Positions 29,214 to 38,589 of a stretch of DNA of 64,000 nucleotides are shown in pieces. The notes beneath the pieces were generated by a model that was not told where the DNA came from, did no database searches, and was given only the letters and a program-made list of their open reading frames with translations. This DNA is from Bacteroidia bacterium (GTDB taxonomy: Bacteria; Bacteroidota; Bacteroidia; JADZBD01): NCBI GenBank assembly GCA_020852255.1, contig JADZBD010000018.1, positions 124,842 through 188,841 on the forward strand. Direction: 5' to 3'. The number at the start of each line of letters is the position of its first letter. Position 1 is the stretch's first letter. The translations under genes were made by a program, and so were the position numbers.

Positions 29214-32150
29214 ATGAAAACAACATTACTCTCCCTTATTGTCCTGTCGGCTACCTTGCCGGCAATATCCGGTGGAATTAACCATAGTTCCGACCGACAC
29301 GAGGTACGCTATGTTACAAACAATAAAAAGCTTCCTGATCCTGCCTACCAGCAGGTATTGAGGCTCTCGCATGCATGGGAGCAATTCCTTAAATCAGCAG
29401 GATCATGGCAGGTACTATTCAATGAAGAAAGTCAGAAACCGCACAAGGCGTACGGGGCTCCCGTGCCGGTGAGCGGTGCTACGGCTGAACTGAGAGCCAA
29501 AAGTTTTGTGAACACCTATCTCGCCGGCTATCGTATCAATTGGTCCGATCTGCGGCTTTCATCAGTTCCTGTGGGAGGAGGTTTCGAATTCGTTAATTTT
29601 TACCAGTATTATCAAGGAGTGCGTGTGCTCGACAGCCGCCTGCAGGTTAAAATGACGCCTTCCCATGAAGTGGTTGGTTTCGGGATGGACTTGTTTGACA
29701 TATCGACGTTAAGCATCATCCCATCACTTTCCTCACAGGCCGCTGAAACCGCCGCAAAAACAGGGATTACTCATCAAATTAATTCTTCTTCCGTAACTCC
29801 GGACTTGTTTATCCTTCCTGTACCCGGCTATCGTAACTATTCGTATCACCTGGTGTACGAAGTAAATGTTCTGTGTAAGGACGCGGAAAATATTCCTGTT
29901 AATTACCGGACCCTGATAGATGCACACAGCGGAAAAGTCCTGTCACGTACCAATATGGTGAAACACGCCGTGTCGGCCAATACGGATGTAAACATGAGCG
30001 CAACGGTTTATACAAGTCATGTATATAATCCCAGTTCCTCTGTTCCGCTTGTGAACATGCGCATCAATGTGAACAGCAGCAACCAGTATACCGACCAAAC
30101 CGGATACCTTGGTCTTACGAACACCACTCCAACTACCGCTACTTTCTACCTGGAAGGTCTTTGGTGCGACGTGAATACAAATAATACAACGCCGTCTTTT
30201 TCCGGAACATTGAATCCAGGCGTGAACAATATTTCTTTCAATTCTAACGCCAATATCCGTGAGTTATCAGGATATTATCATGTAAACATGGTGCACGATT
30301 ACATGAAATCCTGGTTTCCCACATTCCCAAGTATGGACAACCCGCTAACTACGAATATAGATGTAAACGGAAGCTGCAATGCATTTTACAATGGCCCGTC
30401 CATTAACTTTTATCAGACAGATGCTACCTGTAACTGTCTTTCCCAGTGTGCCGATGTGGTTTACCATGAATACGGCCATGGCATCAGCGATAAGTTTTAT
30501 CAATGGCAGAGCGCTTCATTCAATAACGGCGCAATGGGAGAAGGATACAGTGATGTCTGGGGTTGTTCCATTACTCAAAGTCCTCTTCTCGGTGTTGGTT
30601 TCTATGTTGCAAACCAGGATCCCATCCGGCGTTACGATCAGGACCTCAAACGTTACCCGGAAGATATTGTCGGAGAGGTTCATGCTGACGGAGAGATCAT
30701 TGCCGGTGCATGGTGGGATGTATCCCAACTGCTGAACGTTAACTATATGAATAAACTTTTCACCGATACGCATTGGTCATTGGTAACAGGCCCTGACGGC
30801 TCGGAAGGTCAGGTTTACTATGATATTCTGGTGGAGGCGCTGCAGGCCGATGATGTTCCCAGCAACGGAGGTGACAACAACATATGTAACGGAACCCCCA
30901 ATGGTATCCAAATCCTGCAGGGATTTGCCATGCATGGGATCACCCTTATTACCAACGTCAACCTGACGCATTCAGAAGTGCTCACGGCTCCTCCTGCCGC
31001 ACCCATCGCGGTAAATGTGAATCTGACAAATGCGAATTATATCTGCGGAACAGCAGGCGCAGTCCTTTTCTGGAGAACGGATGATGTATCTCCCTGGAAT
31101 CAGGTACTGATGACCGGAACTCCACCGGCTATGACGGGTATCATTCCTGCCCAGGCTTCGGGAACCATTGTCCGTTATTATGTAGCCGCTACGGATAACA
31201 ACAATACAATTGTTGCTAATGTACTTCCGGTAGGAGCAGATGCAACATCCAATCCGAACATCCCTTATTACATATTGGTGGATTATATACGGATCGTGAT
31301 TGATGATTTTGAAAATTATGATATAAACAATCCCAGCTGGTTTCCGGGTGCTACGGGTGATAATGCTACAACCGGTGTGTGGGAGTTTGCCAATCCGCCT
31401 GTTGCCTCTTATCTCACCTGGCCGGATCCGAATAGCATTGTTCAGCCGGGCACACAACACACTTCTCCAGGATCAAAATGTTTTGTGACGGAAAACACAA
31501 GCAGTTCCATGGCAGGGGCCGGAGCTGAAGATGTGGACGGAGGCCGTACAACGCTTGAATCACCTCTATATGATTTGTCTTCTTATATGAATCCGGTGGT
31601 ATCTTACTGGAGATGGTATAGCAATGATCAGGGAGCTACACCGGGAACGGATTACTGGCAAACGCTGGTAAGTAACGACGGCGGTGTGAACTGGGATACC
31701 ATCGAATATACGAGTGTAGCGGATCACAGTTACCGCCGGTATGCCTTCAAGTTATCCGATGTCAGTAGCCCGTCCTCGCAGGTGGTTTTCCGTTTTATTG
31801 CAGAGGATGCAGGGGCAGGATCTCTCATCGAAGCAGCGCTGGATGATCTTGAAATATGGGATCTCACCTCCAGCGGAATGGATGACAATCAGAGTATTGT
31901 TGCATTTTACGGCTATCCGAATCCAACGACTGACCAGTTTACTGTTAATTTCATGCTGGCCGGTAGCAGTCAGGTAATTCTTCAGGTTACGGATGCACTG
32001 GGAAGAATAGTGCAGGAAATCGCGGCCGGGCACTTGTCCGGCGGAAATCATCAGATTAAAATGGATATGAGTAACCTGGCTTCCGGAGTTTATACGCTGC
32101 GTCTTACATCCGGAAACTCGGTACGCACCTTGCGGGTGGCAGTGCAGTAG
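29214..32150 (+). CDS. secreted zinc metalloprotease (fungalysin/M36-like) with T9SS C-terminal sorting domain
   Basis: Signal peptide MKTTLLSLIVLSATLPAISG, the HExxH motif VVYHEYGHGISD, and the downstream GAMGEGYSDVWG third-ligand motif. The C-terminus YPNPTTDQFTVNF...GVYTLRLTSGNSVRTLRVAVQ matches the Por tail. Confidence 0.75.
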   Translation: MKTTLLSLIVLSATLPAISGGINHSSDRHEVRYVTNNKKLPDPAYQQVLRLSHAWEQFLKSAGSWQVLFNEESQKPHKAYGAPVPVSGATAELRAKSFVNTYLAGYRINWSDLRLSSVPVGGGFEFVNFYQYYQGVRVLDSRLQVKMTPSHEVVGFGMDLFDISTLSIIPSLSSQAAETAAKTGITHQINSSSVTPDLFILPVPGYRNYSYHLVYEVNVLCKDAENIPVNYRTLIDAHSGKVLSRTNMVKHAVSANTDVNMSATVYTSHVYNPSSSVPLVNMRINVNSSNQYTDQTGYLGLTNTTPTTATFYLEGLWCDVNTNNTTPSFSGTLNPGVNNISFNSNANIRELSGYYHVNMVHDYMKSWFPTFPSMDNPLTTNIDVNGSCNAFYNGPSINFYQTDATCNCLSQCADVVYHEYGHGISDKFYQWQSASFNNGAMGEGYSDVWGCSITQSPLLGVGFYVANQDPIRRYDQDLKRYPEDIVGEVHADGEIIAGAWWDVSQLLNVNYMNKLFTDTHWSLVTGPDGSEGQVYYDILVEALQADDVPSNGGDNNICNGTPNGIQILQGFAMHGITLITNVNLTHSEVLTAPPAAPIAVNVNLTNANYICGTAGAVLFWRTDDVSPWNQVLMTGTPPAMTGIIPAQASGTIVRYYVAATDNNNTIVANVLPVGADATSNPNIPYYILVDYIRIVIDDFENYDINNPSWFPGATGDNATTGVWEFANPPVASYLTWPDPNSIVQPGTQHTSPGSKCFVTENTSSSMAGAGAEDVDGGRTTLESPLYDLSSYMNPVVSYWRWYSNDQGATPGTDYWQTLVSNDGGVNWDTIEYTSVADHSYRRYAFKLSDVSSPSSQVVFRFIAEDAGAGSLIEAALDDLEIWDLTSSGMDDNQSIVAFYGYPNPTTDQFTVNFMLAGSSQVILQVTDALGRIVQEIAAGHLSGGNHQIKMDMSNLASGVYTLRLTSGNSVRTLRVAVQ

Positions 32151-34433
32151 TTAACGAAGCATACGTACCAGGAGTTCCATGTTTTTACGGTTCTCGGGCA
32201 TAGTCAGTGACCCGAGAACCTTTTCTTTTTCACGGTTGGTCAGATGCCAGGAAAGGGAAATATTATCTTCCTCGAGATTACGTAATTCAAAATCCAGCAC
32301 ATGCAGGCTGCTGCCGAACCAGTCCTGCATGTACATAAGCAAATCTTCGTGGTTGTAATCCTGCACCGTGAAATGATTCAGGTAAAGGGAGCCCAGAGGT
32401 TTTGACAGGCTTTGGGTCAGGCTTTTCCCCTTATTCTCCGTAACCGCCACCATCTTTTTTTTGTCGCGTACCTGAACGATGAGCACACCTGAGGTGTTCT
32501 GACGGATCCACTCCCGGAAAGTGTAAAGATACTTGAGCGTAATTTCCGTACCGTAGTTATCCCTGAGTCCGGCATCCATCAGCTCCACACAGGGTTCGGT
32601 GGGAAGGCCTGCAACCGGGAAAATATAGGGGAAGGAAGAGTTGACTCGCAGTATGCTCAGCATGCGGGCATTGCCCGGATCCTGACCAGACAGCAGCTTG
32701 GAATATTCAACTGAGTTGGGCAGTTTGTTCCATTTCATTTCTTCAGGATCGGGTACGTGGGTAAGGTAAGAGATGCCCTGGGCGGAAATAAGCAACTTTC
32801 GGCCGTCGTTAATAATAACCGGACTGAAAACCATCATGGGAATCTCTGCCTTTGCCTCAGCATCTTTGTAGTAGGAGAGGGGAACGTCCAGAATATTGGA
32901 TGTGTTCTCGTTGAGCTTTTCTTCAAAAGCATATCCCCTGTCTTTCGGTTTCTTCTCTCCGTTAACCACTACGGACCGGATAGGCAGAAACCAGTCGTTG
33001 GTGGCAATGGTAAACGCCACAGGATTCAACAGATCCTTGGAGATATTATCATAATAAACGGGGTGGTTACGTGGGATGTGATTCCCTTTGTTTTCCAGAT
33101 TCACGAGTTCGCGGTAATAGGCCGCGCCGATCATTCCTCCGGAAGAACCTGCAATTAATGTGGTATGACGTGTGAATTTTCCTTTCGTAAGGCTATCTGC
33201 TACCTGCATGAGATAGGTGGTCCATAAAGTAGAACGGATACCACCTCCACTGGTGTTGAAGATCACCATTAAGGGTTTCAGGCTGGTATCTCCGCCGGTC
33301 ACCCTTGCTTTCCAACTTTGCAAAATGGAAAGAGTGTTGCTTCTGTCCGTTTCAAGACTTTCCTTGTCGGTGCCAAGCCGCATCAGTGTTTCATTGTCGT
33401 ACTGCGCTTTCTGAGCATAATTCAGGCCGTAGATCTCATTCGTACTGTTGAACCACTTGAGTGTAAACATAAAATTGAACAGAAGAAATAATCCCACCAT
33501 AACAAAGTTTGCCCAACCCCTGAAGAGCGCATACATGGCACCGATTACCATCAGCAACATGGTGAAGAGAAGTAAAATCGAACTTCCGGCAGGTATGGCA
33601 AGTACCGGAACTTGATCCAGCCATCCCAGTACGAAAAGCGACACCAGGGCAATACTCACGAATAAAAAGGCGTTTTTATGATTTTGGTGGAAAACCTGGC
33701 GCAGGATGCTGCGTTTGTAATGTTTAACGGGGCGTACCAGTTTCCAACGGAAGGGTCCGGACATATACGTTTCCACATACCAGTCGCGAGATTCAGTGAT
33801 GAGATTGGGATTCCGGACGCCCATTTCTTTGAAGGCCTTCAGTTTTCGTGCAGACGGGACCGGGATGTCTTTGTCATGACGGATACCGAAGAGTTTGTTA
33901 ATGTCCTTGTTGGTGCGAAAGAAATACAGAAAGGAGCACCCGATGAACAATGCGGCACCCGTGAGGAAGCTCCCGGCAGCGCTCAGAGAATCTCCCCAGC
34001 CAATCAGTTCATCGCGGTGCAGAAAAAGAACGATACGTGTAATATAAATAGCGAGAAAGGTGGTGGGAAGAATAAAATTATTCAGACAGTATTTCCAGAA
34101 GGGATGGCGTAGGGTTGCAAGGAAAGGAAAGCGGAAAGCATTCATTACGTAGCTGGAAATATTGTAAGCCATGATGAATCCACCGCATGCAAATCCCATG
34201 ATGAAGTAAGCGAGCATACCGCTTTCTTCGAGGTATTCAGGGTTAAGGAACAAATAGGGTACACCGTATCGTGTACCAAGATGTCCGGTGATGAAGCCGA
34301 AAAGAACGGACCAGATAACGAGAAAAACCAGGTTTTTCTTGAAGTTGAGAAGTACCAGACGGAACGGAAATGAGAAAAGCAGCGCCCTTATTACGGGGTG
34401 CTTCAGTAAAGCCATACGAAGGCTCCGGATCAT
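32151..34433 (-). CDS. patatin-like phospholipase with large N-terminal polytopic membrane domain
   Basis: 760 aa. The first roughly 330 aa are multi-TM. They are followed by the oxyanion loop NTSGGGIRS, the nucleophile GSSGG and the Asp-dyad motif MDAGLRDNYG. Confidence 0.75.
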   Translation of the reverse strand: MIRSLRMALLKHPVIRALLFSFPFRLVLLNFKKNLVFLVIWSVLFGFITGHLGTRYGVPYLFLNPEYLEESGMLAYFIMGFACGGFIMAYNISSYVMNAFRFPFLATLRHPFWKYCLNNFILPTTFLAIYITRIVLFLHRDELIGWGDSLSAAGSFLTGAALFIGCSFLYFFRTNKDINKLFGIRHDKDIPVPSARKLKAFKEMGVRNPNLITESRDWYVETYMSGPFRWKLVRPVKHYKRSILRQVFHQNHKNAFLFVSIALVSLFVLGWLDQVPVLAIPAGSSILLLFTMLLMVIGAMYALFRGWANFVMVGLFLLFNFMFTLKWFNSTNEIYGLNYAQKAQYDNETLMRLGTDKESLETDRSNTLSILQSWKARVTGGDTSLKPLMVIFNTSGGGIRSTLWTTYLMQVADSLTKGKFTRHTTLIAGSSGGMIGAAYYRELVNLENKGNHIPRNHPVYYDNISKDLLNPVAFTIATNDWFLPIRSVVVNGEKKPKDRGYAFEEKLNENTSNILDVPLSYYKDAEAKAEIPMMVFSPVIINDGRKLLISAQGISYLTHVPDPEEMKWNKLPNSVEYSKLLSGQDPGNARMLSILRVNSSFPYIFPVAGLPTEPCVELMDAGLRDNYGTEITLKYLYTFREWIRQNTSGVLIVQVRDKKKMVAVTENKGKSLTQSLSKPLGSLYLNHFTVQDYNHEDLLMYMQDWFGSSLHVLDFELRNLEEDNISLSWHLTNREKEKVLGSLTMPENRKNMELLVRMLR

Positions 34434-34463
34434 ATTCCTGCTAACGAAATCTGCACTAAAAGG

Positions 34464-36149
34464 TTATAGCTTTTCACTGACGATTCTCAGAATTTCATTC
34501 TCCTTTTCCTGAACCTTCAGTGCCATTTCGTTCCCTCTTTTCAGAAGATCCGACGCAAAGGCCTTGTCATTCAAGCTTTTCAGATTGATCCGTACATTCA
34601 TCCACGCTCCCAGCACGGCGGCTCTGGCACAAAGGGCACCCACCGCTGCGTCGGTTATGGAGTTTGGATTTCCCTTTTCAACCATCGTTTTGATCAAATC
34701 CAGTGAGGCAATAGCAGCTTCCATGGTACGGAAGGGAACCAGTGTAGCATGCTTTGTTGCTTCCTGTATAACCGCCGAACGTAGCTTCTTTTCTTCGTCG
34801 GTACCCTTTGGCAGTGAAAAAGCACTCATAATCTCTTTGAATGAATCAGTGTCTTCATCTACCAGGGAAATTAAACGTTCCTTGATTTCCTGGCCCCTGA
34901 CCGCCCAATCGGAAAATTCCTCCCAACGATCATCCCACCCGGCTTTATGCGAAGAGAGATTAGCAACCATTGTTCCCAGTGCGGCACCCAGCGCCCCGAT
35001 ATATGCCGCCGATGATCCGCCTCCGGGTGCAGGAGTTTCAGCCGCCGTGGCATCTGCGAAGTCTACCAGACTCATCGAGGCAAGTTTTTGATTACTTCCT
35101 TCTGCTAAACGATACTCGATGATGCGCTCCACAGGGTTGAAAGGACCTAACTCATCCAACCCAAGGGATTTAACCGCAATCTTAATGATTTCCCTTTCCG
35201 GGATACCCAGAGATCTTCTTTGCTTCTTTAAAAAATATTTTCCTGCATCCAGCATAGCTTTCAGGGGAATAAGCCCCACGAGCTCACTTCCCGTTACGCG
35301 CAGGCCGCGCTCTGTTGCCCGTTTGCAAACCTCATCAAAGGCTACATGAACAGGAGTGACATGTATATTGGTCAGATTCATCGAAATCTGCGCTACACCG
35401 TATTCTTCAATGTACCATCCAATGGCCTTGACACATTTCAATGAACCGGGAATGATCACAGGCTGACCTGCTTTGTCCTTTACTATTTCTCCTTTTTCGT
35501 TCTTTTTGCTGCGTCCCGCCTCTCTCACGTCAAAAGCCACTGCGTTGGCTCGCCGGGTGGAAGTAGTGTTCAGATTAATGTTGTAGGCGATGAGAAAATC
35601 ACGCGCCCCGATAACCGTAGCACCTCTGCGCGGATCCATTTCGGAGGGGCCAAAATCGGGTTTCCATTCCGGAAGTTTAATCTTTTTGAAAAAGCCTTCG
35701 TATTCGCCGGCACGAATCACCGATAAATTATTTCTGCTCTTGTCCGCCTGCGCTGCTTCATACAGGTAAACGGGGATTTGCAGTTCTTTGCCTACACGTT
35801 CTGCAAGTGCACGGGCATGCACCGCTGTGTCTTCCATGCTGATATTGGAAACAGGAATGAACGGGCACACGTCCGTTGCGCCCATCCGCGGATGCTCGCC
35901 TTTGTGCTTACTCATGTCGATCAACTCTCCGGCCTTTTTTATAGCCCGGAATGCCGCTTCCTTCACAGGCTCCGGTTCACCCACAAATGTAACCACCGTG
36001 CGGTGAGTAGCTTTTCCGGGATCAACACCGAGTAGCTTTACACCTTCCACGCTTTCAATGGCGTCAGTTATCTGACGGATAACGTTTATATCTCGTCCTT
36101 CCGAGAAATTCGGGACACATTCAATAAGCTGTTTCATAGGTTTTGCCAT
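34464..36149 (-). CDS. ftcD: bifunctional glutamate formimidoyltransferase / formimidoyltetrahydrofolate cyclodeaminase
   Basis: 561 aa with the N-terminus IECVPNFSEGRD (FT domain) and the C-terminal cyclodeaminase motif PAPGGGSSAAYIGALGAALGTMV. The start could instead be the ATG at 36137. Confidence 0.88.
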   Translation of the reverse strand: MAKPMKQLIECVPNFSEGRDINVIRQITDAIESVEGVKLLGVDPGKATHRTVVTFVGEPEPVKEAAFRAIKKAGELIDMSKHKGEHPRMGATDVCPFIPVSNISMEDTAVHARALAERVGKELQIPVYLYEAAQADKSRNNLSVIRAGEYEGFFKKIKLPEWKPDFGPSEMDPRRGATVIGARDFLIAYNINLNTTSTRRANAVAFDVREAGRSKKNEKGEIVKDKAGQPVIIPGSLKCVKAIGWYIEEYGVAQISMNLTNIHVTPVHVAFDEVCKRATERGLRVTGSELVGLIPLKAMLDAGKYFLKKQRRSLGIPEREIIKIAVKSLGLDELGPFNPVERIIEYRLAEGSNQKLASMSLVDFADATAAETPAPGGGSSAAYIGALGAALGTMVANLSSHKAGWDDRWEEFSDWAVRGQEIKERLISLVDEDTDSFKEIMSAFSLPKGTDEEKKLRSAVIQEATKHATLVPFRTMEAAIASLDLIKTMVEKGNPNSITDAAVGALCARAAVLGAWMNVRINLKSLNDKAFASDLLKRGNEMALKVQEKENEILRIVSEKL

Positions 36150-37374
36150 TTATGATCACCCGGTTAATGAACCGGCTTGCAAATGAATAAGGGATAAATG
36201 AAATAGACGGAATAGGATCGGTAATGATAAGATTCGCCCTTTTACCCGGTGTGATGCTGCCGGTTACATCACCGAGATCCATTGCATGGGCCCCGTTTAT
36301 GGTGCCGGCATTGATGGCTTCCGCAGGCGACAGTCGGTACTGCACGCAGGCCAAGCTGCACATGAAATGCATATTACCGGAGGGAGAGGAGCCGGGATTG
36401 TAATCACTCGCGATCGCCAAGCCCAGTCCTGCTTCAATCATCTGCCTGGCTGGAGGTGCGGGCAACTGAAGGAACCACTGTGCGCCGGGCAACAGGGTAG
36501 GAATGGTTGTACTTTCAACAAGCCCTTGCATATCTTCATCTGAAATGAATTCGAGGTGATCTACGCTTCGTGCACCTGACCGGATACCTGCCAGTACTCC
36601 ACCAGTATGACTTAGTTGTTCTGCATGTACCTTGCCTTTTAATCCATGCTTCGCAGCGGCTTCCAGCAATTTCAGTGTGTCGTCAGCAGAGAAATACCCC
36701 TTTTCGCAGAAAATGTCGCAGTAGTCGGCCAGTTTCTCACTTCCTATGGCCGGTAGCATTTCGCGGATAATGAGATCCAAATATTTTTCCTTGCTCATGC
36801 CTTCCGGAACCGCATGCGCACCAAGAAAGGTAGCACGTACAGAAACAGGTGCGGTTGCTTTTATTCTTGCGATCACACGAAGCATCTTCAGTTCCGCTTC
36901 CAGAGAAAGTCCGTATCCGCTTTTGATCTCGATGGCGCCCGTTCCCAGGAGAATCACTTCATTCAACCGTCGCATGGCCGCCTCAAAGAGATCCTGTTCG
37001 CTGGCCCCGGCCATTTTACGGGCCGAGTGAAGTATACCGCCTCCTTTTTCGGCGATTTGTGTGTAGCTAAGCCCTGCAATGCGGTCTGCGAATTCGCCCT
37101 CCCGCCATCCGGCAAACACCAGATGGGTGTGCGAATCAGCCCAGCAGGGCATTACCGCGCCTTCCCCTGCATCCATTACTTCCAATCCACTCCAGTCGGC
37201 TATCCCTGGAAAATCCTCCATATTCCCATAGGCAGAGATCCTACCGTCTTCACAGGCCAGCCAGGCATTTTCTAAAACAGGTAATTTCCCCATCTCTTTC
37301 CCTCGCAGAAATGCCGGGGAAGTATCGTGTACGGCAACCAGTTGCCGGATATTCTTAATGAGCAGGCGGGACAT
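36121..37374 (-). CDS. hutI: imidazolonepropionase
   Basis: 417 aa with the metal-binding DSHTHLVF, HAEQL and SDYNPGSSP motifs. Confidence 0.93.
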   Translation of the reverse strand: MSRLLIKNIRQLVAVHDTSPAFLRGKEMGKLPVLENAWLACEDGRISAYGNMEDFPGIADWSGLEVMDAGEGAVMPCWADSHTHLVFAGWREGEFADRIAGLSYTQIAEKGGGILHSARKMAGASEQDLFEAAMRRLNEVILLGTGAIEIKSGYGLSLEAELKMLRVIARIKATAPVSVRATFLGAHAVPEGMSKEKYLDLIIREMLPAIGSEKLADYCDIFCEKGYFSADDTLKLLEAAAKHGLKGKVHAEQLSHTGGVLAGIRSGARSVDHLEFISDEDMQGLVESTTIPTLLPGAQWFLQLPAPPARQMIEAGLGLAIASDYNPGSSPSGNMHFMCSLACVQYRLSPAEAINAGTINGAHAMDLGDVTGSITPGKRANLIITDPIPSISFIPYSFASRFINRVIINGKTYETAY

Positions 37375-37481
37375 CTCTTTTTCAAAGATGAGAAATATTC
37401 GCCTTCAAGGATGTCCGAAACGTCAAAACTCCCGGTGAAAAACTACATTTTTATGAACCGGTCCGGCCTTCATATTTTGGT

Positions 37482-37489
37482 TAAATTTG
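37482..37489 (+). promoter_or_regulatory. -7 promoter box TAAATTTG, 4 nt before the aroC ATG (predicted leaderless)
   Basis: Exact TAnnTTTG. Confidence 0.5.
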
Positions 37490-37493
37490 TTGC

Positions 37494-38585
37494 ATGGCCG
37501 GCAGTAGCTTCGGAACCCTCTTTACACTTACCACTTTTGGTGAATCACATGGTCCGGCTATCGGGGGGATTGTTGACGGTTGCCCAGCTGGTCTGGCACT
37601 GGACCTAAAGCAGATTCAGAAGGATGTAGACCGCCGCCGCCCTGGTCAATCGAAGATTACAACAAGCCGCAAAGAAGGTGATAAGGTGGAGATCCTTTCG
37701 GGGGTTTTCAAGGGAAAAACTACTGGTGCACCCATTGGTTTTATTATCCGTAATCATGACCAGCGCTCCGGAGATTATGATTATTTGCTGGAAGCCTGGC
37801 GACCCTCCCATGCAGATTTTACCTATGATTCAAAGTTTGGATTCAGGGATCATACTGGTAGCGGACGTGCTTCAGCACGGGAAACCGCGTGCCGGGTGGT
37901 GGGAGGTTCTATTGCAAGGCAGTTGCTTGCGCAGTACGGCATAGCGGTTTATGCTTTTACCTCCCAGGTGGGAAATGTTAAGTTGCTCAAAAAAGCGGAT
38001 AAACTGGATCTGTCGGTTACCGAGAAGAATCTTGTGCGCTGTCCGGACGAGTTGGTTGCACGGGCCATGCTGGCACGTATTGAAAAAGCTCGCAAATCGG
38101 GTGATACCGTAGGCGGAATTATTACTGGGCTGATCACCGGCCTGCCGGCCGGGCTGGGCGAACCTGTATTCGATAAACTGCATGCCGATCTGGGAAAAGC
38201 CATCCTTTCTATCAATGCCTGCAAAGGATTTGAGGTCGGCAGTGGTTTTGAAGGTACCAAACTCCCCGGATCAGAACACAACGACGCGTTTTACTTTTCT
38301 GCCGGCGAGCAAAAGGTACGAACCCGCACTAACCATTCCGGGGGAGTTCAGGGTGGGATCAGTAACGGGGAGAATGTGATTTTCCGTGCCGCTTTTAAGC
38401 CCATCTCCACTATTATGAAGGAGCAGGAAACCCTGAACAAGAGAATGAACAAAATATCGATTTTCGGCAAGGGCCGGCACGACCCATGCGTTCTGCCAAG
38501 GGCTGTTCCTGTAGTTGAAGCGATGGCCGCACTGGTAGTGGCAGATCACCTTCTCCGCAATGCCACCTCACGCATTAATGAATAA
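37494..38585 (+). CDS. aroC: chorismate synthase
   Basis: 363 aa with the TFGESHG, RPGQSK, RPSHAD and GRHDPCV motifs. Confidence 0.96.
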   Translation: MAGSSFGTLFTLTTFGESHGPAIGGIVDGCPAGLALDLKQIQKDVDRRRPGQSKITTSRKEGDKVEILSGVFKGKTTGAPIGFIIRNHDQRSGDYDYLLEAWRPSHADFTYDSKFGFRDHTGSGRASARETACRVVGGSIARQLLAQYGIAVYAFTSQVGNVKLLKKADKLDLSVTEKNLVRCPDELVARAMLARIEKARKSGDTVGGIITGLITGLPAGLGEPVFDKLHADLGKAILSINACKGFEVGSGFEGTKLPGSEHNDAFYFSAGEQKVRTRTNHSGGVQGGISNGENVIFRAAFKPISTIMKEQETLNKRMNKISIFGKGRHDPCVLPRAVPVVEAMAALVVADHLLRNATSRINE

Positions 38586-38589
38586 TACT

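Noticed and set aside
32151-34433. Patatin lipase as a CBASS or other abortive-infection effector.
   Set aside because: There is no cyclase, E1/E2 or sensor gene adjacent. The large dedicated membrane domain and the hut-operon context argue for a housekeeping lipid enzyme.
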